Positions 12,285 through 24,445 of a stretch of DNA of 52,474 nucleotides are shown here, in pieces; within the stretch, counting starts at the first letter, position 1, and each line of letters starts with the position of its first letter. This stretch comes from Tubiluchus corallicola (Eukaryota; Animalia; Priapulida). A program made the position numbers and the translations under genes. Where the stretch lies: the NCBI GenBank assembly GCA_030141605.1, contig JAQGDQ010001245.1, positions 1 to 52,474 of the forward strand, written 5' to 3'. A model generated the notes under the pieces. That model did no database searches and was not told the origin of the DNA. It saw nothing but the letters and a program-made list of their open reading frames with translations.

Positions 12285-12545
12285 CGGCATTCAGGTAACC
12301 GGAATCAATCAATGATACATCGTCCACCACCTGTGCAATTCAGCATAAGAACAGCATATTTTCAAAGGTAAAGTATGCAAAACCAGTACAGAAAAGATCA
12401 GCTAAAATTTACAATTCCTGCACGAAACACGAAATTACTTCCCAAAGTGGATTAAGATTAGGGTTAGGGTAATGGTTAGTGTCAAGGTTAGGGTTAGAAT
12501 TTGGTTAGGGTTTCGCTTAGAGTTAGGGTATTTAAATTGTGTGGG
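12285..12545 (-). pseudogene. Duplicated fragment of ELP1 intron 1 end plus exon 2 start
   Basis: Colinear with 29584-29823, including acceptor gaattgcacag|GTGGTGGAC and the degenerate TTAGGG patch. Confidence 0.9.
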
Positions 12546-12668
12546 AAATTTTAAAGGAATTCCAAAAGGATTATAATATGCTATACATCAAATTACATTA
12601 TTCTGCTTGTAAAACAATCTATTATGGGTTTAGGTTGTTCATTTAAAAAGACAGCCATTATGCATATA

Positions 12669-13267
12669 CAGTGTTCCCTCGCTACTTCGCGGTTCGTTTA
12701 TCGTGGGACTCGCTGTTTCGCGGGTTTTCAAAAATATGAATGTTAAATATTTATCGCGGTATTTTCGCTGTTTCGCGGGTTTTTGTGGTAATCCGTCTAG
12801 AGTATTTTTGCATATGCGTAATATGTATTGTACAGTGATGTATAGATTTGATGAATTTTGCATAGAAAATCACAAAATGTATAAAAATCTATTAAAAATA
12901 TTAATTCTAACATTAAAAGAATATTATAAATCATAAAAAATTACCATTTATAGTAAATAGTGTATTTATTCGGCAGATGAATACACACCAAAAACGAAAT
13001 GTAGTACTTGCGCCCGCTTGAGATGCCACTTGCTGACGTGAGATTGTAGACAACACACGATTGGTTGATTGATGGAAAGTTTTTTAAAAGGTACATGGAC
13101 AGTATGGGGAAAGTTATTAAGGGAATGTATAAAAGTGTGGGGAGGGTTTATAAGGACTTAAAATAATGTATAACTACTATAGTAAGTATAGCGTCCCTAC
13201 TTCGCAGAAATTCACTTATCGCGGGTGGGTCTGGAACGGAACACCCGCTATAAGTGAAGGAACATGT
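12669..13267. mobile_element. Tigger/pogo-like MITE
   Basis: TA|cagtgttccctcgctacttcgcgg start and cgctataagtgaaggaacatg end; truncated duplicate of the left end at 12250-12287. Confidence 0.75.
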
Positions 13268-13651
13268 TATGGGATTAATTAGAAAACCTTAATTGCTGAC
13301 TTATGGTTGGACAATTTTGCTATGCAAGCACACATAAACGGATCTCAACTTAAATGTGGATTATCTCACCTTAGAGATAACATAAAGTGATGAGCTTAGT
13401 ATCAAAATGATCCTCATGAAATGAAGATTCAGGATGTGGGAATGGTTAGAAAAGCTTAATGGATGATTTTGCCATGCAAGCAAAGCATTTCATGAGGATC
13501 ATTTTGATATCAAGCTCAGCACTCTATGTTATCTCTAAGCTGAGATAATCCATATTTAAGTTGAGGTCCGTTTGTGTGAGCTTGCATAGCAAAATTGTCC
13601 ATAAGTCGGCAATTAAACTTTTCTAATTAATCGTATTAACACATATAGTAC

Positions 13652-13807
13652 CTGTCAGTCAATAAAGGAGCAGATGCGTCTAGTTCCAGCTGGTAAATTT
13701 TGCTCCGACCTTCAAATTCAGTGCAACACAGAAATGTGCCTGGATTCGGCCACAAATAATGGCATGCGTTGTGCAGTCCGGGAAAATTTTCGCCAGCGGT
13801 GGAAAAC
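13652..13807 (-). CDS. ELP1: ELP1 coding exon 13
   Basis: tttcag|FSTAGENFPGLHNACHYLWPNPGTFLCCTEFEGRSKIYQLELDASAPLLTD|gtacta; phase 2/2 fits neighbours; weak similarity to human LTWIEEDVFLAV..RSVIHHL; 156 nt. Confidence 0.8.
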
Positions 13808-14181
13808 CTGAAAATATGTTTATTTGTGTGTTTGTCGGCGCAGTAAATAAGTAATAGTAAACATTAATTTCATATAAACAGTATTGCAAGAACAACGCCG
13901 ACCAAACTGGCAATAGCACAAGTGCAGCAGGCACGCTGGTGTACGCACAAGGTCCCCGGTTCAAATACAGGCTGTGTCGCAACTTTTTACGTTTTTCCGT
14001 CTTTCGTGTGTGCTATCAAAATTAAACTAATTGCGGGATTGGTGCTTCATTAATAATAGTCTTGATTTAAGAATGTATAATTAATTAACACAATTACTCA
14101 GAATTGCTTGATCAAAGTATTGATTTATTTTAACAGGCTCTAATGGTTTGATCCACTTGCTCACTTAAACCACACCTTTGC

Positions 14182-14250
<69 letters not shown>

Positions 14251-14358
14251 GTGTAATAATAATAATAGTAATAGTAATTGTAATAATAATGATAGTAATA
14301 GTATAAGTAATAATAATAGTAATAATAGTAAATAATAATAATGATAATATTAATACTA

Positions 14359-14436
<78 letters not shown>

Positions 14437-14480
14437 GTAATAATGATAATAATAATAATAATAATAATCATAATCATAAT
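14182..14480. repeat. (TAA)n microsatellite
   Basis: Direct reading. Confidence 0.97.
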
Positions 14481-14484
14481 CAGT

Positions 14485-15604
14485 AACAAATGCACGAAAA
14501 TAGATAACCAGTTACAAGACCGTGGCATCCAATACATGTAACAAATGCACAAAAATAGATAACCAGTTACAAGACTGTGGCATCCAATACATGTAACAAA
14601 TGCACGAAAATAGATAACCAGTTACAAGACCGTGGCATCCAATACATGTAACAAATGCACGAAAATAGATAACCAGTTACAAGACCGTGGCATCCAATAC
14701 ATGATGTAACAAATGCACGAAAATAGATAACCAGTTACAAGAATGTGACATCCAATATATGCAACAAATGCACGAAAACAGATAACCAGTTACAAGACCG
14801 TAGGCATCCAATACATGTAACAAATGCACGAAAATAGATAACCAGTTACAAGACCGTGGCATCCAATACATGCAACAAATGCACGAAAATAGATAACCAG
14901 TTACAAGACCGTGGCATCCAATACATGCAACAAATGCACGAAAATAGATAACCAGTTACAAGACCGTGGCATCCAATACATGCAACAAATGCACGAAAAT
15001 AGATAACCAGTTACAAGACCGTGGCATCCAATACATGCAACAAATGCACGAAAATAGATAACCAGTTACAAGACTGTGGCATCCAATACATGTAACAAAT
15101 GCACGAAAATAGATAACCAGTTACAAGACCGTGGCATCCAATACATGTAACAAATGCACGAAAATAGATAACCAGTTACAAGACCGTGGCATCCAATACA
15201 TGTAACAAATGCACGAAAATAGATAACCAGTTACAAGACCGTGGCATCCAATACATGTAACAAATGCACGAAAATAGATAACCAGTTACAAGACCGTAGG
15301 CATCCAATACATGTAACAAATGCACGAAAATAGATAACCAGTTACAAGACCGTGGCATCCAATACATGCAACAAATGCACGAAAATAGATAACCAGTTAC
15401 AAGACCGTGGCATCCAATACATGTAACAAATGCACGAAAATAGATAACCAGTTACAAGACCGTGGCATCCAATACATGTAACAAATGCACGAAAATAGAT
15501 AACCAGTTACAAGACCGTGGCATCCAATACATGCAACAAATGCACGAAAATAGATAACCAGTTACAAGACCGTGGCATCCAATACATGTAACAAATGCAC
15601 AAAA
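14485..15604. repeat. 55-bp minisatellite, about 20 near-identical copies
   Basis: Unit aacaaatgcacgaaaatagataaccagttacaagaccgtggcatccaatacatgt; abuts the exon 12 donor. Confidence 0.97.
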
Positions 15605-15609
15605 CTAAC

Positions 15610-15706
15610 CTCACAATGCCTGCACACCTAGGTAATTTGATCTTAGGTGCAAATCCGCTTCCGCCTGCAGCTCCAAGCTTCACTGTACCTTCTAGGTCTC
15701 CCAAAT
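15610..15706 (-). CDS. ELP1: ELP1 coding exon 12
   Basis: cgtag|(N)LGDLEGTVKLGAAGGSGFAPKIKLPRCAGIV(R)|gttagt; human TVKLGAVGGSGF; 97 nt. Confidence 0.93.
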
Positions 15707-15739
15707 CTACGAGGAAAAAAAATCTTATGAATCCTGCTA

Positions 15740-16500
15740 CAGTAAACTCCGCGTAACTCAAAATTGCATATATCAAATTTTCGCCAAATTCAAAGAATTT
15801 AGGATGAAATCCTTAGTTTTCCCCACAAAAAACATCGCTCAATTCAAACTATATAATTCAAAATTTCGACCAACTCAAACAAAAAATTGCGGTCCATTTA
15901 ATTAAAATACGTGTAAGTTACTTTGGTTATAAAGGACGATATCTTCAGGTCCTGTGTAATAGAAACCCAGGTAAATTACCTCGCATATATAACGGACCCT
16001 GTGGTCAAAGCGAAATTGATCGCATTTTAACCTCAATTTTTCACAAACTCGGCCTTCGAACAGCTCAGTTTCCGTGGTCACGTACATTTCGCTTCACTGA
16101 AGGAGCTTCCTACATACCGTTTGCACTGAATGTGTAGCAATAATCCATAAAAATATGGGTAAAAAAACAGAGACATCGGAAATTTTCAGGGTAATTTTTT
16201 CCTCAACTTCGGCTATAAGGGACATCAGATATAAGGGATGATTTTTCCGGTCCGGCAGTGTCCCTTATATTTCCGAGGTTGACTGTATTTCTCAGCCCGT
16301 TATAACACTGTTTGTAGTGTGAGTTACATTAGACATTGTTGATGAAGTACAGTAAACTCTGCATAACTAAAATTTTCGCCCAACTCAAATAAAAAATTAC
16401 GGTCCATTTAATTGAAATACATGTAATTTACTTCGCCTAACTCAAAAATGCAATTTATACTCTAGAAAAATAAAAAGTTTCATACAACTCAAAATCAACA
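15740..16500. mobile_element. Nested Tigger-like MITE fragments
   Basis: TA|cagtaaactc ends at 15738 and 16348; end gtgtcccttatatccgaggttgactg|TA shared with 10540-10667 and 19680-20071. Confidence 0.65.
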
Positions 16501-16997
16501 TCGTCTTTCAGGAAAATTCCGATGTCTTACAAGTGGCGCCCCCTGATTATCGGACGCACAAACTGAACTGCAGTACATGTGACATTGGTAGCCCCACTGT
16601 CATATCGTTTAACAGGGAAAATTTTTTACGAATTCCTGTATTCATAGGGAAATCTCAGTATGTGCGTTCTAGTTGGACCAATTAAATTATTCATGTTGAA
16701 TTTAGCTACACTGCTACTAAAATTTTAGGCTGGCTATTACATTATTTGGGTTCCTCATACAGCCGGTTTAACGGGTTTACCGCCGCGCTTGGCCGATCAT
16801 AAGAACATACAGGTTGAATGTGGCCATAGCAGTCACTCAGCTTTTCAAAGTAGCCTTCAGCGCAGATCAAAGTTGCTAATTCAATGAATTCTTAAAGAGT
16901 TGCTTCAAATTTTGGAAACCAGTCTTCGGTTAAAACATAAGAGACGATAGTCTCTTTTCTACTTGCTTAAAGGACAAGAAAAGGGGCACCCAAAGTA

Positions 16998-17452
16998 CCG
17001 TATTTTCCCGTGTATAAGAGACCCTTTTTTGCTCAGAATTTTCACTTTAAAAATCAGGGGTCTCTTATACATGGGAGTAAGTCTTTTCAATAAGATGCAT
17101 AAATTGTGACACTAATGATTTTAAAGAAATAAGTGCTCTACAACTGTTTTGCGTGTCGCGTTCGACTATGAAGCGGTTGTAAGCAATACAAGCATCGTGA
17201 CACAGGCATTATCTCCTCGTTTTCTCTTTTCCTGTTACAGGTTTGCAGGTACGCACTTTAATATATACCAGTACTCTTTTTCTACAACACATTAACTGGT
17301 TTTATTTTGTTTTCAGTACCGCACTGAGTTGAAAAAAGTTGTACTCTACCCTCTAAAAATGTCCGTCTGAAAAAACTTTTTTCCAGAATTTTTGCCTAAA
17401 AATTGAAGGGGTCTCTTATACACAAGGGTCTCTTATACACGGGAAAATACGG
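16998..17452. mobile_element. pogo-like MITE
   Basis: TA|ccgtattttcccgtgtataagagaccc ... gggtctcttatacacgggaaaatacgg|TA perfect TIRs. Confidence 0.9.
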
Positions 17453-17646
17453 TAGGTTTCAGAAAAATTATCATACTATGTATGGAATTTACAATTTACG
17501 TGAGTTCGTGTTTGTTTTCATTTTAAATCTCCCGCAATATTGTTCCGAAGTCGCCATTAGATGACGTCCCATATGCACCACGTAAATCAGGGGAAGAAAA
17601 GGCAATGTTAAATTATGACCCAAAAAACTTTCTATGCAAATCTATA

Positions 17647-18124
17647 CAGTGGCCGCCGCTTATTATGGACACGGTTATTGTGGACAGCCGGTTATTGTGG
17701 ACAACTCGCGAGGGACGGAATTTTCCCCTAATAAAATCCGCCGGTTAATATGGACAACCGCCGCTTAATATGGACAGCGAACATTCTTGGCACGTGAACC
17801 AGCCGTGCGTGATTGAAAAGAGCTTCCCGCTCTGCTGCCTGTGTGAGTCATTGCATCAGTCAGTTCGTCGTTTGCCGTGGCCTTGAGAGCGTCGAAACTG
17901 TGATAACTTTCTTCCGTTCAAGGTTGAGAGAAAAGTTTCCTGCCAAACAAACTCGTCTGACTTCTTTTTTTCAATAAAACAGGAGACGAGTTGATACAGA
18001 CAGTTTTTTGCCTTTTTTAATGAAGGGGAAGGGTCTTCATGGGTCACTTCTCTTAATATGGACAGCCGCTTAATATGGACATACACTGCTGGCCCGGGGT
18101 GTCCACAATAAGCGGCGGCCACTG
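17647..18124. mobile_element. Tc1/mariner-type MITE inserted into an older repeat
   Basis: TA|cagtggccgccgcttatt ... aataagcggcggccactg|TA; uninterrupted host repeat at 32068-32420. Confidence 0.9.
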
Positions 18125-18329
18125 TATTACTTAACATCTCGCTTACCAGCTGGAAAGACTTATGTAACTAGAAATAATAATTTAAAAAATGTTTGTGCCA
18201 ATTGGTAAAATGTTCCCTAACTCACCCTCCAGGGCACACCAATCCATACTCAAACCACGGCCAGAATGCTTAACTTTGCAGAAACCCGCCGTGAGCTAAA
18301 CCGCTAAACTACGGCAAATCGAAACTTAC

Positions 18330-18512
18330 TGGCGGCGCCACCGTCCATCTTGTACACTGCAAGACTGCCATCTGACAACACAACTGCAAATTCGTCGGTA
18401 TTTCCGGATGAGGTAAAGACGATCTCGTTAACGAATGCCGGTAGGTGGCAGGTAAAAGCCGACAAAGGAGGCGGAACTACCATTGTGCGAAACGGAGTTA
18501 GCAGTGCGGTCT
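18330..18512 (-). CDS. ELP1: ELP1 coding exon 11
   Basis: ttctag|(K)TALLTPFRTMVVPPPLSAF...AVYKMDGGAA|gtaagt; FRxxVVPPP signature; 183 nt. Confidence 0.95.
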
Positions 18513-19308
18513 CTAGAAATAACAAATAAACGAAAGTTTTAAAGGAAAAATGCATAAAATATTGTTTCTCTAGAAATACTTACGTTAAAGAATTGTTTCC
18601 GCGAAGGCTTAATCTCAATGTTAATTTTTCACTGTTATGCGCATTTTGCAGGGATGAGAATTTTCCGCGAATACGCGGAATTCCAAGTTTTTGGAAGACC
18701 AGTAGTGCCATTTTTGTATATAAGGATGCATTAAAGGAAAACCGGATGATTGTGTAAACAGGAGTTCAGAATAAAGAATGCTATTAAATATTAAAAACTA
18801 CAATAGCATTTTCTAAATCAAAGCTTAGATTAAACAATAATTACCTCGGATACTCAAATTTTGTTAAACTTTCAAAGCTACGCGCGGCTCAGTGAATCCG
18901 TTAAGATTGGCAACGGCGCCTTTTCGTCACATTCGCGTGTCCGACAAATAGAAGGCGGTGCCGTGATAAGCTTGATCATGAACTACTGTGTTAGTTCCTG
19001 ACGTTATATGATGTAAAGCCTATTTTCGCAACATCATGCGTTTAAGCAGAAACAGTCGCGCAAATGTGTTTGATGCGCATGGGAAGATACGCAAACTGTA
19101 TGAGGTTATGAGGAAAACAAAAGTAAAATTATTTGAAAGTTATTTAATTCAAGCTAAAAAAATTCTGTAAAACTGAAAACATTTGAAAATAATTATTAAA
19201 TTATTGTGGAGATCCACTAGAATATTGCAGAATCTTCTATACTATAGCAGAACCAATCTTTTTACCTTGTAAAAACTATACCTTATAGCGACAAAAACAA
19301 AAACCTAC

Positions 19309-19530
19309 TTCCATCTACCACAGCAACGCTGGCCATGTCCAGAGAGTTCTGCCCTTTGCTATGGTTCACAGACCACCCATAAACATGCCTCGCATAGCAT
19401 CCATTCCTGCTCAAGATGTGAAGAGTAAGTTCGTGTTCCGCATCCCAATTAACGGCACAAATCCGTCGCCACGGATACGGAATGGCTCGCTTCAGGTACC
19501 AATGATAATTTGAGGTTGTGTACAGCAGCA
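19309..19530 (-). CDS. ELP1: ELP1 coding exon 10
   Basis: ttgcag|(V)LLYTTSNYHWYLKRAIPY...WDAEHELTLHIL...ASVAVVDG|gtaggt; NYHWYLK signature; 222 nt. Confidence 0.96.
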
Positions 19531-20107
19531 CTGCAAACAGAGAAACATTATTTTTGCACACACGGTTTTGTAATCTCACAAATAATAATCGCGGAAAATT
19601 TATGGACTTAAAATAACTGCTGAAACTACCAACACCGGTCCCGATTTTTCATAACGTTTTTCCCATGTAAAAATCTTCTTATATAAGGTACTCGAAATAT
19701 AAGAGACTTTTGGTTATAAGGGACGATATCTTCAGGTCCCACATACTAGAAACCCAGGTAAATTACCTCACATATAAGGGACCCTATGATCAAAGCGAAA
19801 TTGATCGATTTTTAACCTCACTTTTTCGCAAACTCGGCCTTCGAACAGCTTGGTTTCTGTGGTCACATACATCTCGCATCACTGAAGGAGCTTCTTACAT
19901 ACCGTTTGCGCTGAATGTGTAGCAATGATCCACAAAAATATGTGCAAAAGAACAGAAAAGTACAGGTCTAGATACACCACTGGTCTGACTCAACTTCGGT
20001 TATAAGGGACATAGGATATAAGGGATGATTCTTTCGGTCCGGAGGTGTCCCTTATATCCGAGGTTGACTGTATTTCCAATTTTTTCTTAGTTAAAAATGC
20101 AACAAAC

Positions 20108-20210
20108 CGTATGATTTTCGGTCATCATCTGCTTTGTCGCACCATGTCGCTACATCTTCGCACCAGGCTGCAAGCACTGTCGAATCACAGTTCCAGGACA
20201 ATTCTTTCAC
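20108..20210 (-). CDS. ELP1: ELP1 coding exon 9
   Basis: cgcag|VKELSWNCDSTVLAAWCEDVATWCDKADDDRKSY|gtttgt; human VNDLLWNADSSVLAVWLED; 103 nt. Confidence 0.92.
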
Positions 20211-20251
20211 CTGCGAATAAGGAAATATATCGAAATAGGTTCACCTGCATA

Positions 20252-20611
20252 CACTAAGATTGCCTCAAGAATCTCCTCTTTCTATGATGATAATGATGAT
20301 ATGATGATGATGATGATGGTGATGATGATGTTAATGATGAGAATGAGGATGAGGATGATGATGATGATGATGATAATAATGATGATGGTGATGATGTTAA
20401 TGATGAGAATGAGGATGAGAATGAGGATGGTGATGATGATGATGATGGTGATGATGATGTTAATGATGAGAATGAGGATGACGATGATGATGATGCTGAT
20501 GATGATCTGTACAATATAATGAAAAAGAATTTTTGGAGTAAACAAATACAAGTCAGAAAATTGCATTGGATTGGGCATGCACTAAGACAACCTCAATAAT
20601 CTCCTCTTCCT

Positions 20612-20643
<32 letters not shown>

Positions 20644-20748
20644 CTGTATGATATGATGAAGAAGAATTCTTGGAGTAAACAAACCCAAGTAAGAAGATTG
20701 CATTGGATTGGGCATGCACTAAGATTACCTCAAGAATCTCCTCTTCCT

Positions 20749-20789
<41 letters not shown>

Positions 20790-21330
20790 AATGGTGATGA
20801 TGATGATGAAGATGATGATGATCTGTATGATATGGTGAAGAAGAATTCTTGGAGTAAACAAATACAAGTAAGAAGATTGCATTGGATTGGGCATGCACTA
20901 AGATTACCTCAAGAATCTCCTCTTCCTATGATGATGATGATCTGTACAATATGATGAAGAAGAATTCTTGGAGTAAACAAACCCAAGTAAGAAGATTGCA
21001 TTGGATTGGGCATGCACAAAGATTACCTCAAGAATCTCCTCTTCCTATGATGATGATGATGATGATGATGATGATAATGATGATAATGGTGATGATGATG
21101 ATGATGATTTGTATGATATGGTGAAGAAGAATTCTTGGAGTAAACAAATACAAGTAAGAAGATTGCATTGGATTGGGCATGCACTAAGACTACCTCAAGA
21201 ATCTCCTCTTCCTATAGCATTACGTAAAGCTCTTGAAACGATAAAAAAGCCTAGACGGGAGCAGCTACTGACGTATAGAGATGTACTGCAAAAAGATTTA
21301 GCAAAACTCAACTCCAGATTTGAGGGGCGA
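20252..21330 (+). repeat. Compound tandem array of an RTE-like LINE fragment alternating with (GAT)n
   Basis: Five about 106-bp copies encoding KKNSWSKQIQVRRLHWIGHALRLPQESPLP separated by variable (GAT)n; the last copy continues IALRKALETIKKPRREQLLTYRDVLQKDL. Confidence 0.85.
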
Positions 21331-21592
21331 TGCATCGTGGGCGGGGTGGCAGGGGGCAGGAATGCGCGACATCAACAGGTGGGACGTGCCACGTTTTTAG
21401 AACGACGAATAAGAAAACAGGTAAAAAAGGAAATGAATAAAAAAGATTTCTGGTACTGATATCAATTAGGTGGACTAACAGCAACAAACAAAACTTACTT
21501 TCGCTTCTTGCGGATGAAACGGCAGCGTGAATTCACCGTATTTCTGGTACTGATATCAATTAGGTGGACTAACAGCAACAAACGAAACTTAC

Positions 21593-21716
21593 TTTCGCTT
21601 CTTGCGGATGAAACGGCAGCGTGAATTCACCGTGACGAAGCCCGTTTTTCTCGAAGAAGACGACGTCGTGCTTATTCGGTCGTCGCTGAGTAGAAGCGAT
21701 GAGCCTGCCAGACGGC
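21593..21716 (-). CDS. ELP1: ELP1 coding exon 8
   Basis: ttgcag|[41 protein letters not shown]|gtaagt; FFEKNGL-HG-FTLPF signature; 124 nt. Confidence 0.96.
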
Positions 21717-22687
21717 CTGCAAAAATGAGGGAAATAACATTTTGTTGTTTAGCTCTAGCACACTTACATAAAACTCAATCTTTTCAGAACTAATGAATTC
21801 CACCACAAAAAAAAATCAAACCAAAGACATAATACTCGACAGCAACAGCAATAGCAGCAGCAAACAACAACAACAACATCATCATCATCATCATCATCAT
21901 CACCATCATCAAGAATAACAACAGCAACAACAACAACAACGACAATGACATACTACAACGACGATGACCACTACTACAACAATGGCAACAACAACCTCAA
22001 CAGCAGCAACAACATCATCATCATCATTGTGATCGTCATCATCATCATCATCATCATCATTGTGATCGTCATCATCATTATGCCAACTCGACGGGATTTT
22101 TGAATTTTAATCGATTTACCAAAGACGATCTATGACTCACTTTTTATAAACCGCCGTTTTTCATTAGTAAACAGCAACAGCATAATTTGTGGTTATCCTG
22201 ACCACCGTAGGATACATTATACATCTGCTTAAAGACATGTGACTTACTAGTAATACGAAATTTAAATTCACTTAGTTACGTTCCCTTATCTATGCTGGAA
22301 TAACTGTAGACAACCGACATTGCTAACGCGTGTGCAAAAATCATTATGCAATTTGATATTTTCAATTTATTGTCTAGTTCTACGTCAGCATACAGACGTC
22401 TGACATTTTGTTTTATCAGATGCATCGCCCGTATAATGTATAGACAAGGGAACTAAAGTTTCGACAATTTTAAAAAATCGACCTATTGCATTTTCACTTA
22501 TTTCGTGGTGAGACAATGCGCCTAAAATAAGTAACTGAAAGTATTTTGTGCACAAAACATATTTAGAAAAAGTCATAGAAAAGGTTTACTGGGATACGTA
22601 TGGTAAAAGGGTAAAATGCAAAAAACCGGTATGGGGGTAATTTTTTACCACCCGGTGACCCTATAAGGGATAATACATTTTACTCAC

Positions 22688-22778
22688 TTCCAAGCCGTAG
22701 CCTGCTCCAAACCGCTGACAGCTTCACTTGTTGCCTGCAGTACACAGTCTCTACTCCAGATTCTCAGCTTTCTCACAC
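22688..22778 (-). CDS. ELP1: ELP1 coding exon 7
   Basis: ctttaag|(G)VRKLRIWSRDCVLQATSEAVSGLEQATAWK|gtgagt; human [31 protein letters not shown]; 91 nt. Confidence 0.93.
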
Positions 22779-23847
22779 CTTAAAGAAAAAAGAAAAGTCA
22801 CACCGGGTTGTGACAACAATCTCGACTCCAGATTCTCAGCTTTCTCACACCTTAAAGAAAAAAGAAAGAAAAGTCACACCGGGTTGTGACAATAATCTCT
22901 ACTCCAGATTCTCAGCTTTCTCACACCATAGAGAAAAAAGAAAGAAAAGTCACACCGGGTTGTGACAATAATCTCTACTCCAGATTATCAGCTTTCTCAC
23001 ACCTTAAAGAAAAAAGAACGAAAAGTCACACTGGGTTGTGACAATCTCTACTCCATATTCTCAGCCTCCTCACACCTCAGTGAAAAGAGAAAGAAAAGTC
23101 ACACCGGGTTGTGACAATCTCGACTCCAGATTCTCAGCTTTCTCACACCTTAAAGAAAAAGAAAGAAGTCACACCAGGTTGTGACAATCTGTACTCCAGA
23201 TTCTCAGCTTTCTCACACCTTAGAGAAAAAAGAAAGAAAAGTCACACTGCGCTGTGACAATCTCTACTCCAGATTCTCAGCTTTCTCACACCTTAGAGAA
23301 AAAAGAAAGAAAAGTCACACCGGGTTGTGACAACAATCTCGACTCCAGATTCTCAGCTTTCTCACACCTTAGAGAAAAAGAACGAAAAGTCACACCGGGT
23401 TGTGACAACAATCTCGACTCCAGATTCTCAGCTTTCTCACACCTTAGAGAAAAAAGAAAGAAAAGTCACACCGGGTTGCGACAATCTCGACTCCAGATTC
23501 TCAGCTTTCTCACACCTTAAAGAAAAAAGAAAGAAGTCACACCAGGTTGTGACAATCTGTACTCCAGATTCTCAGCTTTCTCACACCTTAGAGAAAAAAG
23601 AAAGAAAAGTCACACTGCGCTGTGACAATCTCCACTCCAGATTCTCAGCTTTCTCACACCTTAGAGAAAAAAGAAAGAAAAGTCACACCGGGTTGTGACA
23701 ACAATCTCCACTCCAGATTCTCAGCTTTCTCACACCATAGAGAAAAAAGAAAGAAAAGTCACACCGCGCTGTGACAATCTCCACTCCAGATTCTCAGCTT
23801 TCTCACACCTTACAGAAAAAAGAAAGAAAGGTCACACCCGGTTGTGA
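22748..23847 (-). repeat. 70-76-bp minisatellite built from the exon-7 acceptor and first 31 exon nt (15 units)
   Basis: Minus-strand unit ttgtcacaacccggtgtgacttttctttcttttttctctaag|GTGTGAGAAAGCTGAGAATCTGGAGTAGAGA. Confidence 0.97.
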
Positions 23848-24351
23848 AGCACTTGCGGGGACGATCTAAAATAAATAATTCTCAATGGCTCATGCGCAAC
23901 ACTCACTGCAGAGGCGAGGCGTAGCTAAGAAAATAATCAATAATATTTGCGTCATCAGCAGACTTTGTCAGACGGTGCCATTTCCAAGAATTCTTATTAT
24001 CTGCTGTGATGTATGCTAGTTGATTATTTCCTCGCCTCGCCTTGCCCACACTGCAACGTTTGTCACTTACAATGCTTGGTCTGAGCCGAGAAAAAGTGAA
24101 ACAAAATTTTATATTGATTTTTAATCGAAAATTAGAGGTGTGAGTTATACACGTGTGCGCATTATACTCGAATAAATACGGCAAATTGAAATTTTGTTCC
24201 GCGATAATTGAAAAATTGAAATTGAAAAATTACTAAACATTGAAAAAAGTTGCCAAAATTTCCAAGAGCAATGCAGAAGTCCAGCATTTTTATTCATAAC
24301 GTCTAGAAACCCTAAAGTGCAAAACACTGAAGCAGCTGACCAACCCGTTAC

Positions 24352-24445
24352 CTTCGCAGACGTTGCTGACCACAAAGTATTGACCATCCCCACGCCAGCT
24401 GACCCTAACCTTCCTGTCATCGACGGCCGAGACCGGTTCAACTTC
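24352..24445 (-). CDS. ELP1: ELP1 coding exon 6
   Basis: ttgcag|EVEPVSAVDDRKVRVSWRGDGQYFVVSNVCE(G)|gtaacg; WRGDGQxF signature; 94 nt, phase 1. Confidence 0.95.

Noticed and set aside
14485-15604. CRISPR-like regular array
   Set aside because: Units are contiguous and near-identical with no unique spacers; eukaryotic intron; no cas genes.
18225-18300. 5S rRNA-like sequence on the minus strand
   Set aside because: Only short A-box/C-box-like resemblance within a dispersed repeat; not a supportable RNA gene.
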